Part shown: positions 25,001 to 38,077 of the stretch, one piece after another
Layout of the letters: every line of letters starts with the position of its first letter
How positions within the stretch are numbered: the first letter of the stretch is position 1
Assembly (NCBI GenBank): GCA_021613535.1
Contig: CP075495.1
Location: 2,728,001-2,792,000 of the forward strand
DNA: 64,000 nucleotides
Direction of reading: 5' to 3'
Origin: Adineta vaga
Taxonomy: Eukaryota > Animalia > Rotifera
Notes under the pieces: model-generated
Databases searched by the model: none
The model's input: only the letters and a program-made list of their open reading frames with translations
What the model was told of the DNA's origin: nothing
Program-made: the position numbers and the translations under genes

Positions 25001-27406
25001 CTATCTCGTCTTGAATGTTGATAATTTTCATCATTTATATAAATACATATGGTCAATTGAAAACTATAAGAAAGAAAAGAATACAAAACCAGAGAAAAAT
25101 TTATGAAGAGAATGTCTTTACCATGTACTTTCACTATGCAATGTACAATTGAGTGGAATTGTTGGTGAATTATGTTGTAATTTTGTTTGGATATGTAAGA
25201 TGGGTCGTGACCTTGAATGAAAAATTAAATGAGAATATGATTAACAATCCAATGCAATAACATACAGAATAATGGCGACTGTTTCCGTTTCTATACTGCT
25301 TACGGCTAAATCTATAATTCATGAATAATAAACAAATGATGATAGACATTAACATAAAATGATCCATCTAGCGAACCTGAATAACCATTGTTATCATAGT
25401 CAAATTGACCTTGTAATGCCCAACCAAAGCCATTGATTGATGGTGCTTGTAAAATCTAAAAAAGAGATGAAAATTTTAATTATTGAAATTTTTCTTCTCT
25501 ATTCAATATACTTGTGATGGTGTTAGATTTAATCCATCTTTTGAACCGCGATAAATATGCACCATACTAGATGAACCAGAATTCGTAAATGGAATTGAAA
25601 TCGCAACATCTATCAACAAAATGAAAATGATTCTCATTCAAATCATTTTATCTATTTCTATTACCATTGTAACCATCTTTATCAACATCACCAAGATTGA
25701 CTATTGCATGTCCTAATCGTCCTCCTTCACGTGTTCCTTCAATTGTTTGTTTACGTAGAAGATTATGCTACCCAATATCAATTATAAACAAATTAGATAA
25801 GATCAAAGACGAGGAAAAAAAATAATAAACCTCTGGTGTTTGATAGAATATATCCACTCGTCCTGCGTCTGCTAGTATTCGACCATCTTTTTTAACAGTA
25901 TATAAAGGTGCACCAATTAATAAATCATCCAATCTGTAAAGAAAACAACAATACAAGAATATATTCGAAAAAATTGATTGTAAAACTTCTTGATTTCTAA
26001 CCCATCATTATTGATGTCGATAACACATAATGATGCACCAAAATATTCTCCAATTTGTGTTCCATTCAATGTTCGAATTGAAGATTCATCCAGATTACTG
26101 TTCATAATTTCGACTGCTCCACGATAATTATGTAGTTTTGGTATACTAACAATAATTTCTATTTGAAAAAAAAAGACAGAAAGAAATTCTTCTTCTTCTT
26201 CATTCGTATGTTAAATTTTGCACTTTTTTCTACCTTGATTATCATCATCATTAAAATTTCCTACAGCAACAGCGTAACCTTGAAGGAAAAAGACAAAAGA
26301 ATAATTAAGTTCTTCTTTTATCATATTCAAATTTCTTTTGTCATACCTCGATAACACCAATCATCATATTCATTCGAAGAATAATTTGATGGATATCGAA
26401 GCCAACCAACTTCACGCCATGGATAATGTGGTGCAATCAATGGATGTCGAGTATCAATCCAATTATGTTCAAGAATTGGAAGTGAATGAATTTCACCTAT
26501 ATATTAATTTATTTCACTTTGTTTTTCGAAGAAATTCATTTTTCGGTTTCTCTTACCTCGAAAATAAAACGATCCTGGTGCAGATATAATGATACGTTCA
26601 GGTTTTTTACTCAATGTAACTTGAAAACCGAACAGACCATATCCTTCTTGATTATAATTACGAGAATCTACAGAGTTCAATTTTCCTTTTCGAATCGAAT
26701 ATTTCGAATAATCATAACTTACGCCAATTGAGAAACGATGGGGAATAAATTTGAGTACTATTCGTCATAGAAAATGATCGATCATATTTTCCAATTGTAG
26801 CACCACCTGGTATTTCGTATTCTAGAGTTTGTCCATCGTTAACACGATGTTTGAGAAATGGTGAACCAGCCTAATGAAAAATTCCTCTCCTAAATACACT
26901 AATTCTCATCTATGACTTACAATAATATTATCGTTATTGGCTGCAATGGAAGCACCTAACCATTGATCCGTTTTATTATCAAATGAAGTACCAACACGTA
27001 CATTTGCTTCACCTTGAAAAGAATATTTGTAATAAAAAATTTTCTCTACGAAAATCTTCTCAATTATTACCATCACGACGAAATGGCAATCGTTGACATT
27101 GACCATCAGCTTGAAATTCACATTTCCATACAGTTCCACGTCGAGTTATAACATCGTATAATGAATGATCACGAGGTGCACCAATTAATAAACTAATAGA
27201 AAAACAATAACAACAATGAAATCCATTCTATATTGAATTTACCTGGAACGATGAACAGCTAATGAATAACCGAAATAAGTTGGTATTTTTGATGGTATAT
27301 AAGCTGGTTGTTCTTGTTTTAAATATCTCCAATGTTCGACAGTTTGATAATTGTATGAATAAAGTGATGAAACAAATGTTGAAAATAGAAGAATAAATAA
27401 AAGCAT
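16056..27406 (-). CDS. Integrin alpha subunit (no I-domain), many exons; TM exon 17262-17381, tail exon 16056-16337
   Basis: Signal peptide, then YFGYSLA..LLIGAPR. FG-GAP Ca-binding repeats DINNDGLDDLLIGAP, DVDKDGYNDVAISIP and DYDNNGYSDLAVSS. Phase-0 exons 22441-22557 and 17262-17381 (TM: WVWLIALSITAGVTLLIILVGVLWC), then CGFFKR. Confidence 0.92.
20310..22142 (+). CDS. Class A aminergic GPCR, histamine H3/H4-receptor-like (exons 20310-20725, 21176-21414, 21484-22142), nested in an integrin intron
   Basis: GN..VIIAF, NYFILNLSIADLLIG, CKLWLVFDY (TM3 Asp), ISYDRY, EFFVPF (TM5 Glu), RDRKAAK, CWCPY, FWLLWLNSTINPLLY. Confidence 0.9.
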
Positions 27407-30400
27407 CCTAATTGTTTAATTGATATCTACTGTTTTGATATCGATCGATAATATCAACAATAAGGTCATTGTTTGATTCGTGTCGATATGAATTTATCAT
27501 CTAGAAAAATGAAATATCGAATTCATCAGACAAAATGATCCTTGAAATCGATTACTATTTTTTTTACTATTCAAGTAGAAGTAAGAATGAAAGAGTAAAG
27601 AATGAGGAGGAAGAAAAAGAAACATCGAATACAGTTCAATTTAGCATCTATCACAAAAAAAGGAGAGAAAAGGAATGAGAAAATTGCTATGAGGTATTTT
27701 CTTAGCACACGTCTATATATAAACAAACGGTTAATCTTATATAGATAAATAACGAAATTTGATCTTTAATATATATATATATATATTGGAAAAGAAAACG
27801 AATAGATGACAGATTCTATTTTTTGATACTATGAAATTGATTAAATGTAATTATTTATACTACCGTAGAGATAAATTACGAGTTATTTCGTCTGAGTAAT
27901 ATTAGTATCTATCATAATCATACAGTATGAAAGTATTGTGACACTCGTGTATTAATTTTCATAAATACATATATATATATCCGTGGATTTTGTTTTATCC
28001 TTCACACCTCATTTGTCAAACGTGTCAATCTTGTCTTCTAACTGAACTTTCTGTTTTTTTCTTTCTTGTTCAAATCGATGAATGACGCATGCTTGTGTTG
28101 ACAGGTATATGTAACTTACTTATAAACATAACAGTAATATAGATATAACACTATGAACATAATAAAGCAGATATCGTTACGTATATAGTCAAAGATCAAA
28201 TGAGAGAATTATGTGAGACTAATGCTAGATGCGTGCGAAGATAAAATATAAGAAATAAAAAATATAAATATCCGTCAATATATTATGATTTATAGGGTTA
28301 ACTAGTTGATTACCAATAAAGGAGTATTTGCAATCTATGTTCATAGAAAAAAATGTCAAAGTTAGATAAATGATACTATGAAATTCATATCATTGAACAG
28401 GAACAATGGACGATCGGTGTTTTTTTTCTTAATCAAATTTTAGTCATGGAATTTCATTGTTTATTTTCTTTTCGTTATAAATTATGTATACTATTCCATG
28501 GTCAATAGAAGAAACGGCTCATTTCAATTGAATGATAGTGACAATATTCCATTTTCTTTTTGTTCGTTCAAGTGATTTTCGGGTCAGTCTGTGTATACAT
28601 ATGAATGTGAGAAAGAAAGGGAATAACAAACTTTGATTGTTGTCTTACCTTCTTTGATCTGAATAAATTGAAGTCGGACTATAAGAATACAATAATTCAC
28701 AATATCATTGTGAGAAGCGAAGCCTTTGAGATGAATAAGTAACTAATCACAATGCGACGTGCTTGTGCATTCCAACGACAAGTAGCAAGAGGGATCGATG
28801 ACCTTCTCTCTAATGAATGAACTGACCAAATAACGTTTGTATGCATACTAAGAAGTGTTAATGGAATAAGTAATAAGCGATGAAAAAAAAGATAAACGTT
28901 AGGAAGACGACTATAGTCTCGAATGCTATTGTAATTGACCTATGTGAGTAAGTTTCAAAATGTCGATATTCTATACAGAATTAAAATGACGTCTATTCAA
29001 TCTTTGTCTCTTTCAATGATATTGTAATCTAATTCAAGTGAAACTTAAATATACATATGTGTATATGTATAATCTAATCGTTGTTAGATAATAGCATATA
29101 CGAAGCTTTTCACATGCTGTGCATAGAATACAAGTGATTCCTAGGAAAGTTACAATGATGTCTAGTACGGCACAGTAGGAAAAATGATGTTGATAGTCAT
29201 GCTGAAGTGAACATACAATTCTCTAATGGCAGACATTGGCATTTTAGTCTCGTTATACATATGTCTGAGAAAATATAAGACGAATTTCCCTGAGGAATGA
29301 TCTATTTCTTTGAACATCTTCTCTTCGTCGTCTCCTTCTTTTTTTCTTCTTGTCCTTTCTCTCCAGATGTGTATTTCTTAACAAAACAGTAGAACGTGAT
29401 CCGCATGTCTCATGTGCGACATCAACCGGATATGTAAGCTCGATATATCTATATACATTTATTGAGAATATTACGGTTGATGTAGCTAACGAGTCCTATA
29501 TTAACGCCAGATGCTCGCTTCACTCTTCAGCACTTATATATATATATATATATACGGGTTATGCAAGTTACTCGATCTTCTATCTTATAATCATCTAAAT
29601 GACCTTTTTTCCCTTATCAATCACAAGGAAAAAAAGTACGATAGAGGAAGGACGTTTTGCTTTCGAAATATGCCATCTATTTTTTTTTCCTTTTACTTTC
29701 CTCCATCTTACTTACTTAGTTACTTAATTGTGACCACACTCAATTTGTTTGCATACGTTAAATCAACCTATCGTTAGTCTATATGTTCATGAACATAATT
29801 TGTCCATCGTGTAGTAGCCTAAAAAGAGATCGATCATGGTACAATTATTTGACGAAGGAGAATATACACAAAGATATAGGCGCGTCTTCGTTTTCTCATT
29901 GTCGGTACCAACAATGTTCAATACATATATACATGAGACGATTGCTTGACAGGAAGAATAAGACAGAGAGAGAGAGAGAAGAAGAGAGAAAAAAAGTTGT
30001 ACTCTACATTCATAAGTATGGTTAGAGTAACTTCCAAGTGTTCATAAGTAGAAACCATGATGACTACTATCGCGATCGACGACATGACGATGAAGATGAT
30101 AATAACGATGTACCGTGGAAAGAGGGATCAATTTTGTTCTAATGGAAAAATAGCATGCCATTTCTTCTGAAGAAATTGATTGCCATCCTTTTGTTTCTTA
30201 TCTGATACAGTTAACACTATTGTAACGATAAGTTTGCATGTACGTTCTTATTATAACAAAAGAGTTGATCATCATTAACATGTATAGAGAGGAAAGGAAA
30301 CAATATTTATGTATTATATCGAACATATTCTTGTTAATATTTGTAATTATCGATGCGTCACAAAACGAAGAGAAGGAGGAGAAAACAAATGATTAATTAC

Positions 30401-32903
30401 TACACATTTATGTTCAAGCAAAGAATTTTAGATAAAACATTTTTTGAGCAAAGTTATTGGTTGTTTCATCTTTAGCAGATCATTCGTTTCGTTGTATTAA
30501 TTTTAGCTGGAATATGTTAATGATGATTGTCTATGCAAAAAAACAAGGATGAAAGATGATGATCAAATGAGAAGGTAAAAAGCAATGAGTTAAAAGAAGA
30601 AAAACAAGACGATGTTGAATGAATAAACGGAACAGATAGGGTATTCAATCACTCTTATGCTCAAGTACTTCTGTATATCTGTCATAATGTCAAATAAATG
30701 AAACAAAATGACCAGCACATGCCATGTCAATATATCTCAATGTCTTCAATCATGATGAACAATAACAAAAATACACATCCGATAGACCTACTTGAGAAGG
30801 AAAAAGAAAGAAACAGACTGCTATTAGCAATCTTCAATTTCGTTCGACGTATATGCAATATCCACTGCACTTAGTAGTAATCTTTTGACATATATATATA
30901 TATATATACTGAAAAAAAGGGGGAGAGAGATAGATAGAGTGTACAAAAATAATCCGCCTATCATCACATCCTGTCGTGATGTCAATCTATTTCTAAATAC
31001 ATAAACGCATACAGTAGTCAATTTAGTTTGAGTGACTTACTAGATTGACTCGAGTATCTTTAGAATAGTGCAATATGCGATCATTAATATAGACAAATGA
31101 AGAAAACAAAAGAGATTATCAGACATATTTACTAATCAATTCAAGCTCAACACTCCCGAGTAGTTGAAGGTAATGTTTGGACGAGCGTGATAATGAGGCG
31201 GTGTATGAAGCAATCACGCGAGATACAAATTGTGCTATGTCTTGTTCATTCGACAAGAAATATATAGATCAATAAGATCATAGATTTTGTTCATATGTAA
31301 ATCTGTTTCGAACGCGATCAAGCAACTAAGAATGAATTATTCATCATTAATATGTAGAATTTCTCATGCATACAGATAAACAACAGTGTCTAAATTCGGT
31401 CAGTTTATTTAGCATAAAATCATCTTTTTCTTATTGATACGTCTATAAATATTGTGTCATTTTATGTTAAGACGTGATAGAATAATCAATTGAGTTTCTG
31501 TTAATGTCAACTAGACATTTTCCTTTTTAAATCAGAAGAAGCTTCGTGAATATAGTTTAGAAATCGATTAATCGCTGTTTTTCTTCTCCTTCTTTATCTA
31601 TTCTATGTCTGTTTTTGACAACACAGTGCCAATGAACATATTAGGATAATTAACTTTTGCAATCATTTTTTTGTCGTCTAACCTTTACATGATGTATATC
31701 TTTACATTTGTAAGAATAATTGAATCATTTTTGTAATAATAATAATTCTAATAGCTGATTTTGACCTACCCCGAGCGATAATCAACACACGTTATTGTCT
31801 CTATGAGAAGACTCTAACCTTGACACTTGAATATCTTACTTCATTTAGGAAAGATATGGATGTAATCTATTACAAACTATCATAATTTGTACATAACTGA
31901 TAAATAGATTTGATGATATGAGAATTTTAAACAACTGTATGTTCTATACAGATCATGAACGATGCAGTAAAAAGAACTTAATTTCTGTCATTAATCAGAA
32001 TGAATCTCACAAATATCATCCTTTCATGTAATTGTAACACATCAAACAAGTCTTCGAACGAACAAATATCAGAGCGGTTTTACTTATCAAGGAAATAATC
32101 TGTAGAGACTTCTTTCAAACAAAAGTCATGATAGTTTTACTTTTCAAAAGCAAGTCTTTACATCAATGATCAGATGAAGTACGACAGTGGAAAAGAACTC
32201 CTATAAATAAATTATGAAAATATGTTTATTCTTACCTCATTATTGTAATTCAGTTGTGTCTGTCATGTAAATAAAACACAATCGTCCATTTATTTCAGAA
32301 TGTTGACAGCTATAAAATAGTAAAACTTCTGGAAATACTCAAACACAATCAAAAGAGATGAACAATGAATACTGTGCTAATATAAAACATTTTCTATATT
32401 CAATTTACTTTTGATCGACTGGCACAAAACTACAAAGACAAAAAGAAATTGAAAAACAAATCTCAATCAAGTAACTACGCCCAAAAGAAAGAATGTGTAC
32501 GGAACAAAAACGTTCGTTCACGGTCATTTTGCACAAAGGTCGTTTATACTTTCTATTGATTGTTCTATACGATTCTAGAGCACTATTTCTCACAATTTGA
32601 TGAAATATACATTTTCCATTCTTTTTAGATCTAGTATTTATAGAAATATCGTGAACGTAAAGCAGAAATGAAGCAATTTCTTTTTAAAACATCTTCATAT
32701 CCATCTTTTCTTGATGATGAGATAAAATATTTGATCGTTTTTAAGTTTTTATTTTTTTTTTGTAGTATAAAATAAAAGATATTATACATATCGAAACAAA
32801 ACAAATAGTTATTATGATAGAACAAAAACAAAATCATAGGTGATTACATCACAAAATTTTTTGAAAGAAAATGAATCATAAATAAGCAAAAGATAAATGT
32901 TGA

Positions 32904-35708
32904 TTAAGATAATTCATTTATATCACTGTTGTTTGTTTCAATTGAATTTTCTTTAGATTTGTAGTTAAGAAGTGTGTGAAGAGAATCACCATCAAATGTT
33001 AGTTTACCATCTAAAACATTAGCGATCTATATAAAGAAAAAAAAGATTTTCAACATGTGGAGTATTTAATTCAAACAATCTACTTGTTTTAATCCGGATA
33101 TTTGGATAAGCAGTTCATCTTCATGCGGTAGTCTTAAATCACATACTTGATCTTGTAGTCGTTCTAGTATTTTCGAAACAAAACGTAAATTTATATACAG
33201 ATATATATGTTCTTAGGTGAAAGTTTACCAATAAATTTGTTCATGTATTTAGCACAAGATTTCTGTAATAGAGTATTATCCTCATATCTTTCACGTATGG
33301 ATTTACCAGTCAATAACTAAAACATACAGGTGATTGAACGAGTTGATGAGCAAAGGAAAAATAAAGCAGAAAACATACATTCGGTTCTAAGTCTATAAAT
33401 AAATTGGACTCAATTGGTTTTGATATTTCTGTTGATGATGATGGAGTTGTTGTTAGAGTTGGGAATGGTGTATTACTGGAAGTACTACGTTTTATAGAAT
33501 CCATTTGATGATTGATTTGAGGAGGTGACACAGATTTTCGTTTGTCTGTCACATGAGGACGAGTCAAACGCGGGTTTGATGGTGGTGCAATTGGTATACG
33601 TTGAACTGTTTTCGCTCTAGTAACATTATCTAATTAATAAACAAGATTGATATGAACAATTATCAATTGTTCAAGCAAACTTTGATCTTTAGTCTCAGTG
33701 GAATTCATTTGAAATCGTTCTATCTTTTTTGTAGTTAAAATGACTGGTTCTTCGGGTAACAGTTGTAACTAAGATGTCATATAAATACGAAGTTATTACC
33801 TAGATTTTGAAGAAAAAATTTTCCTACTTGTCTTCCAGTTAAATTAAGAGCTTTTCGAATGACTATTTCAACATTTGTAATCACATTTTGTTTCATCAGT
33901 GATTGTAAATAACAAGTATGTCCTATTTCGGTTTGTTTTCCAACTAATATAAATCAATTTTTAGTTTATATATAGTGATGAGAAGATTAACATACTAAGG
34001 TGTCCGAGTTGCATGAGAAGAGCAATGAAAAAATAATCGACAAATCCAAAATGTTCATCATAACAGAAGATAACGGTCCAGAGATCTACGAAAAATAGTA
34101 AATGAAGTTTTCTTGAATCGATTTTATTATAGAATTTATGAATCTTATACTTGGAATGGATTCAAATGGAACTTCTCGTCCAAATAAAAGCCGAAGCCAA
34201 CGTCTATTATATATGAAAAAACAGACAATCCTATTTATCATATGGAGATGAAGCCATCTTACATTCCATAAACCGTAGGTTCAATTTTAAATTCTTCTAA
34301 TTTACAATGCAATTGTCGATCATAAAGTCTTAAACGTTCAAAAATTGAATTCATTCGTGCAACAGTATCATTAGTTGGCATTTGCACATCATTCAATCGT
34401 TGAAATGGAATTTGTTTTTTATGAGCGACACTCATAGACTAATTTAATACGCAAAATGAGAATCATAATCAAAAAGAATGATTTTCATCTTTACTTTACG
34501 TATAACTGAGCTATTTTTTGTCAATGCATAAAATTGTCGAAGATGATCCATGATTTTTTCGAATATTGCACTTAAAAAAAAGTATTGAATCATGATTCAT
34601 ATTTTCATATAATATATTTCTATACGTACTAAGCATCATGTTCGAGATATTCAGGATCATATAACTTATTCATTAACTCATTAGCTTCTCGATATTCGTT
34701 AATTTTTGAACTTTCAGAATGAATCGTATATACAATAACACCAAGTATTTCATGCATACCCTAAAATAAGTATGAATAAGAAATTCTATAAGTCTTATTA
34801 TTACTTGACGATATGGTAGTATTTTGTGATGATGTCGACTATGAATAAATAGTATTCGCAACTGAAGATCTATCATTCGTGGATCTCGAAAGAATGAAAT
34901 GTCAGGCCAACTATGAAAGTTAAAGAAAAATTGTTTAAATCAATGACGAAAAAGAAATGATTCGATTTACGTTCGTCGAACATCGATTGTGATAGTTGCT
35001 TTCATTTCTTCATTCGCAAAATATTGTGCCCATAAACTCTAGAATAAATGAAATAGAAAAAAAGTAGACCCATAACTTTGTTCTTTACATCTTCATCTCG
35101 AGATAGAGGATGATTAAGATTTTTTGTATCATGGTTTTCATCACTCATTTTGTATGGATCAATTTTATATTGGTCTACAAGTTTTTCATAGTTACGACGA
35201 GATGTATCAAGCATATCCTTCCATTGCATTGAATCACGTGGTAAACAATGAAGGAAAACACGCCATAGAACAGTAGCAAAAGGACATTCTATCATCTGAC
35301 GACTAAGAATTGCTTCACGATTAGATTCATAATCGAATGTATCAAATAAACGTTTGAATTCAGATCTAATCAAAATTAAAGTTATATTAATTGATCTATA
35401 TGTTTTTTATAAACTTACAAAAGAGATGGTTGCTGCTTGTTTTTATCAAGAAGAATTTCTATTGGCGTCTCTGTTGATGAGGGTATCTCAACTAAGTAAA
35501 AACAAAAACTTGAATGAAGATGATACATGATTACAAAAAACATACGTTCAGAAGATTGAGTCGATTGTTCATTAGAAGTATGTGATTGGAATGAAGAAGG
35601 TGGCGGCGGCGGCGGTGGTGGTGGTCGTTGTGGTTTTGGAATCATACGTTCCTTATTCGCTGCCACTTTATCATTAGACGCCATTAAAGATACTTCAATG
35701 GACGACAT
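32904..35708 (-). CDS. TBC1D5: TBC1 domain family member 5-like Rab GAP; multi-exon
   Basis: NHPLS, IDVRRTWP (Arg finger), YRQGMHEIL (Gln finger), EHDAY, RWLRLLFGRE. Start codon is uncertain (ATG 35708 chosen). Confidence 0.82.
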
Positions 35709-36302
35709 ACTCGTTATACGAAAATTGCTGTTCTCCAATTTGTCTGTTCGTGCATTCAATATCTACTGGTAAAATGTCTGAAAAATTGAAAAGAAGAACT
35801 CTATTCAATGTGTTTGAACGATTTCATATCTTAAATTTTTCATTCTGTTCTTTTGTTTTCTTTCTATCAAAACAAATCTGTTATCAGTTAAATATTTGTT
35901 ATTCATTTTTTTTGCATGATAATCATTCGAGAAAAGTAAACTTAAAATATTCTTTCGAAGGTCATTGGAAAAGAAAAGAAAAGAAAGAAATATCTACAAA
36001 ACATAATACGATTCCTTGTCATATCTGACAAATGAAAAATGCAAAAAAAGCTTTTTCAAAATCAATTCTTTTTCTTTATACTAGGCGTATTTATGTATTT
36101 CTAGAATAAAACAGAAAAGAAACATCAGACAAATACAATCACCGAGTCACATTTATATTAAACATTATTTGATACACACCAAATTAGAAAGCTTTGTTCA
36201 TCATCTGACAGAACAACAACAACAACAAAAAACAACAAAGTCGACTGAGTATTAGTTAAAACAAGAAAAGCAAGAGACCGATTACAAATCTTATTTTGAT
36301 AT

Positions 36303-37159
36303 CTAGAGCCAATAAGATCCCGGAGCTCGATGAACTTTTAAAATTTCGTTGTATGTTAAATTTAATGGAATATTTATACGAGCACCAATAATATGATTTT
36401 TTTCAATGGAATTTAAAATTAAATGTCTAAAGAAAAAAATTAACAGATAGAGAGAATTTTCATCTAATTAATTCTTCAAATCTAATAGAAAACTTACCCA
36501 TCTCGATATTGTAAAAACATTGCTGGAATTTGTACAGTTCGTTTCGTTGAATCATCAATCATATCAACAAAACGATCATCTGCTGTTCGATCATTATCCA
36601 TAACAATAACACCAAGAGCACCAATTTCTTGTGCATTGAAAATCTTTGTTACAAATGAACATTCACTAAATAAAGAAAAGAATCTGTATTTGATGCTAAA
36701 AACTGTCTAAAGCGTACCCGCGTTCAATCAATGCTATATTTCCTTTTAATTCATAACGATTTTGTAAACTACTACATCCTTGCAGTGGATTAGTTGGTAT
36801 TAGATAGATGTTTCTGAGTAAATGGTTCTAAACAATTACACTGTATTAACAAAGCGTGAAGAACTAAGTTAAATTTATTATTAAGCACAATATATAGTTA
36901 GACACACGATAAAGCGATTAGAACATAATGATCAACTTACAAAATTCGTGCCGATATTGTTTGCCAAACGACTGCGAAATGTATAACTAATATCAGCTAG
37001 AAAAATGAATTTTGAAATTCTATGAGATACTTGAGAAAATAAGAAATACATACATGGTTCTATTACTTCAAAGTAAACATCATTATCACGATCTTCATGA
37101 GAGAGAATAATCAATGGTAACAGTATCAAGACGATGAAATGAATAGGAATGAAAGACAT
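36303..37159 (-). CDS. PRADC1: Protease-associated domain-containing protein 1 (secreted)
   Basis: Signal peptide, VYFEVIEP, IALIERGECSFVTK, MIDDSTKRTVQIPAMFL, RINIPLN, C-terminal APGSYWL*. Confidence 0.85.
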
Positions 37160-37396
37160 TATAAAAGTTAACTTTATCTGAAACAGAATAATGTTTAGAT
37201 GATAGAAAAATATCATTGATAGTTAATTACATTTTCATTTCAATCAAAAGTTATTCCATCAGAAATCGATAGTTACTATAGTGGGTGTTCATATATATTC
37301 GTATGATTATCTATTATGTGTCGGATAATGATACACTGATCATCAATCATTTGAAGTAACGTCATGACTCTTCTTAAAGTTTGACAATGTATATAG

Positions 37397-37410
37397 TTTA
37401 CCTTGGTAAC
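37397..37410. promoter_or_regulatory. Candidate RFX X-box in the PRADC1/PAXIP1 divergent promoter
   Basis: tttaccttggtaac matches the palindrome GTTACCATGGTAAC at 12/14 positions. Confidence 0.4.
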
Positions 37411-38077
37411 ATTCGATTTCGATTAGCTTCACAAAATCTATGCTCCTACAACTATCAGACAAATCTACTTAGTAACTACTACTATATCATCACAAATATT
37501 GAGAAATTGAACTGCTTGCTTGTTGATAACTAATATACGCATGAATAAGATCGAGAAAAACAACAAATTTGAATCAATGTTAGAGTAGAACTGACATGTC
37601 AAATTCTCGATATACTCTTATACATAAGATAAACATACAATAATACTAAAATGTAAGAAATTTGTTTAGCAAAACACAAAAGTTTGAATCAAATACTATC
37701 ACAATAACATACACTCATGATCAAGCATGAATCAGTTTGGTATGTTATGTTTCATCGCATTTTGATACATCAAGCGCAAGCCAATAAACAAAGGATAGAT
37801 GATGTATGAGTCATTCTCATTCGTATAGACTTCAAATAAACAGCAAGAAAATTTTTCACAAAAAATCTCCAAGAAAAATAAATCTATGAAATCTTGATAT
37901 TATATTTTAATTAAAAATATTCTTAGAAATAAACGATCAAAGTGCATTGCTATGCATATACGATTCTGATGTAAAAATAAACAATATGGCCGTCATTGCT
38001 CGCTCTCTCTAGTCAAGTAGTTTGGTTTCTTTTTTTCCTCTTCTTCCCTTTTGATCGATCGAATCGAATTGTCAGAT

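Noticed and set aside
33769-33799. Apparent 31-nt mini-intron in TBC1D5
   Set aside because: A donor at ~33827 gives a normal 59-nt intron that preserves the frame.
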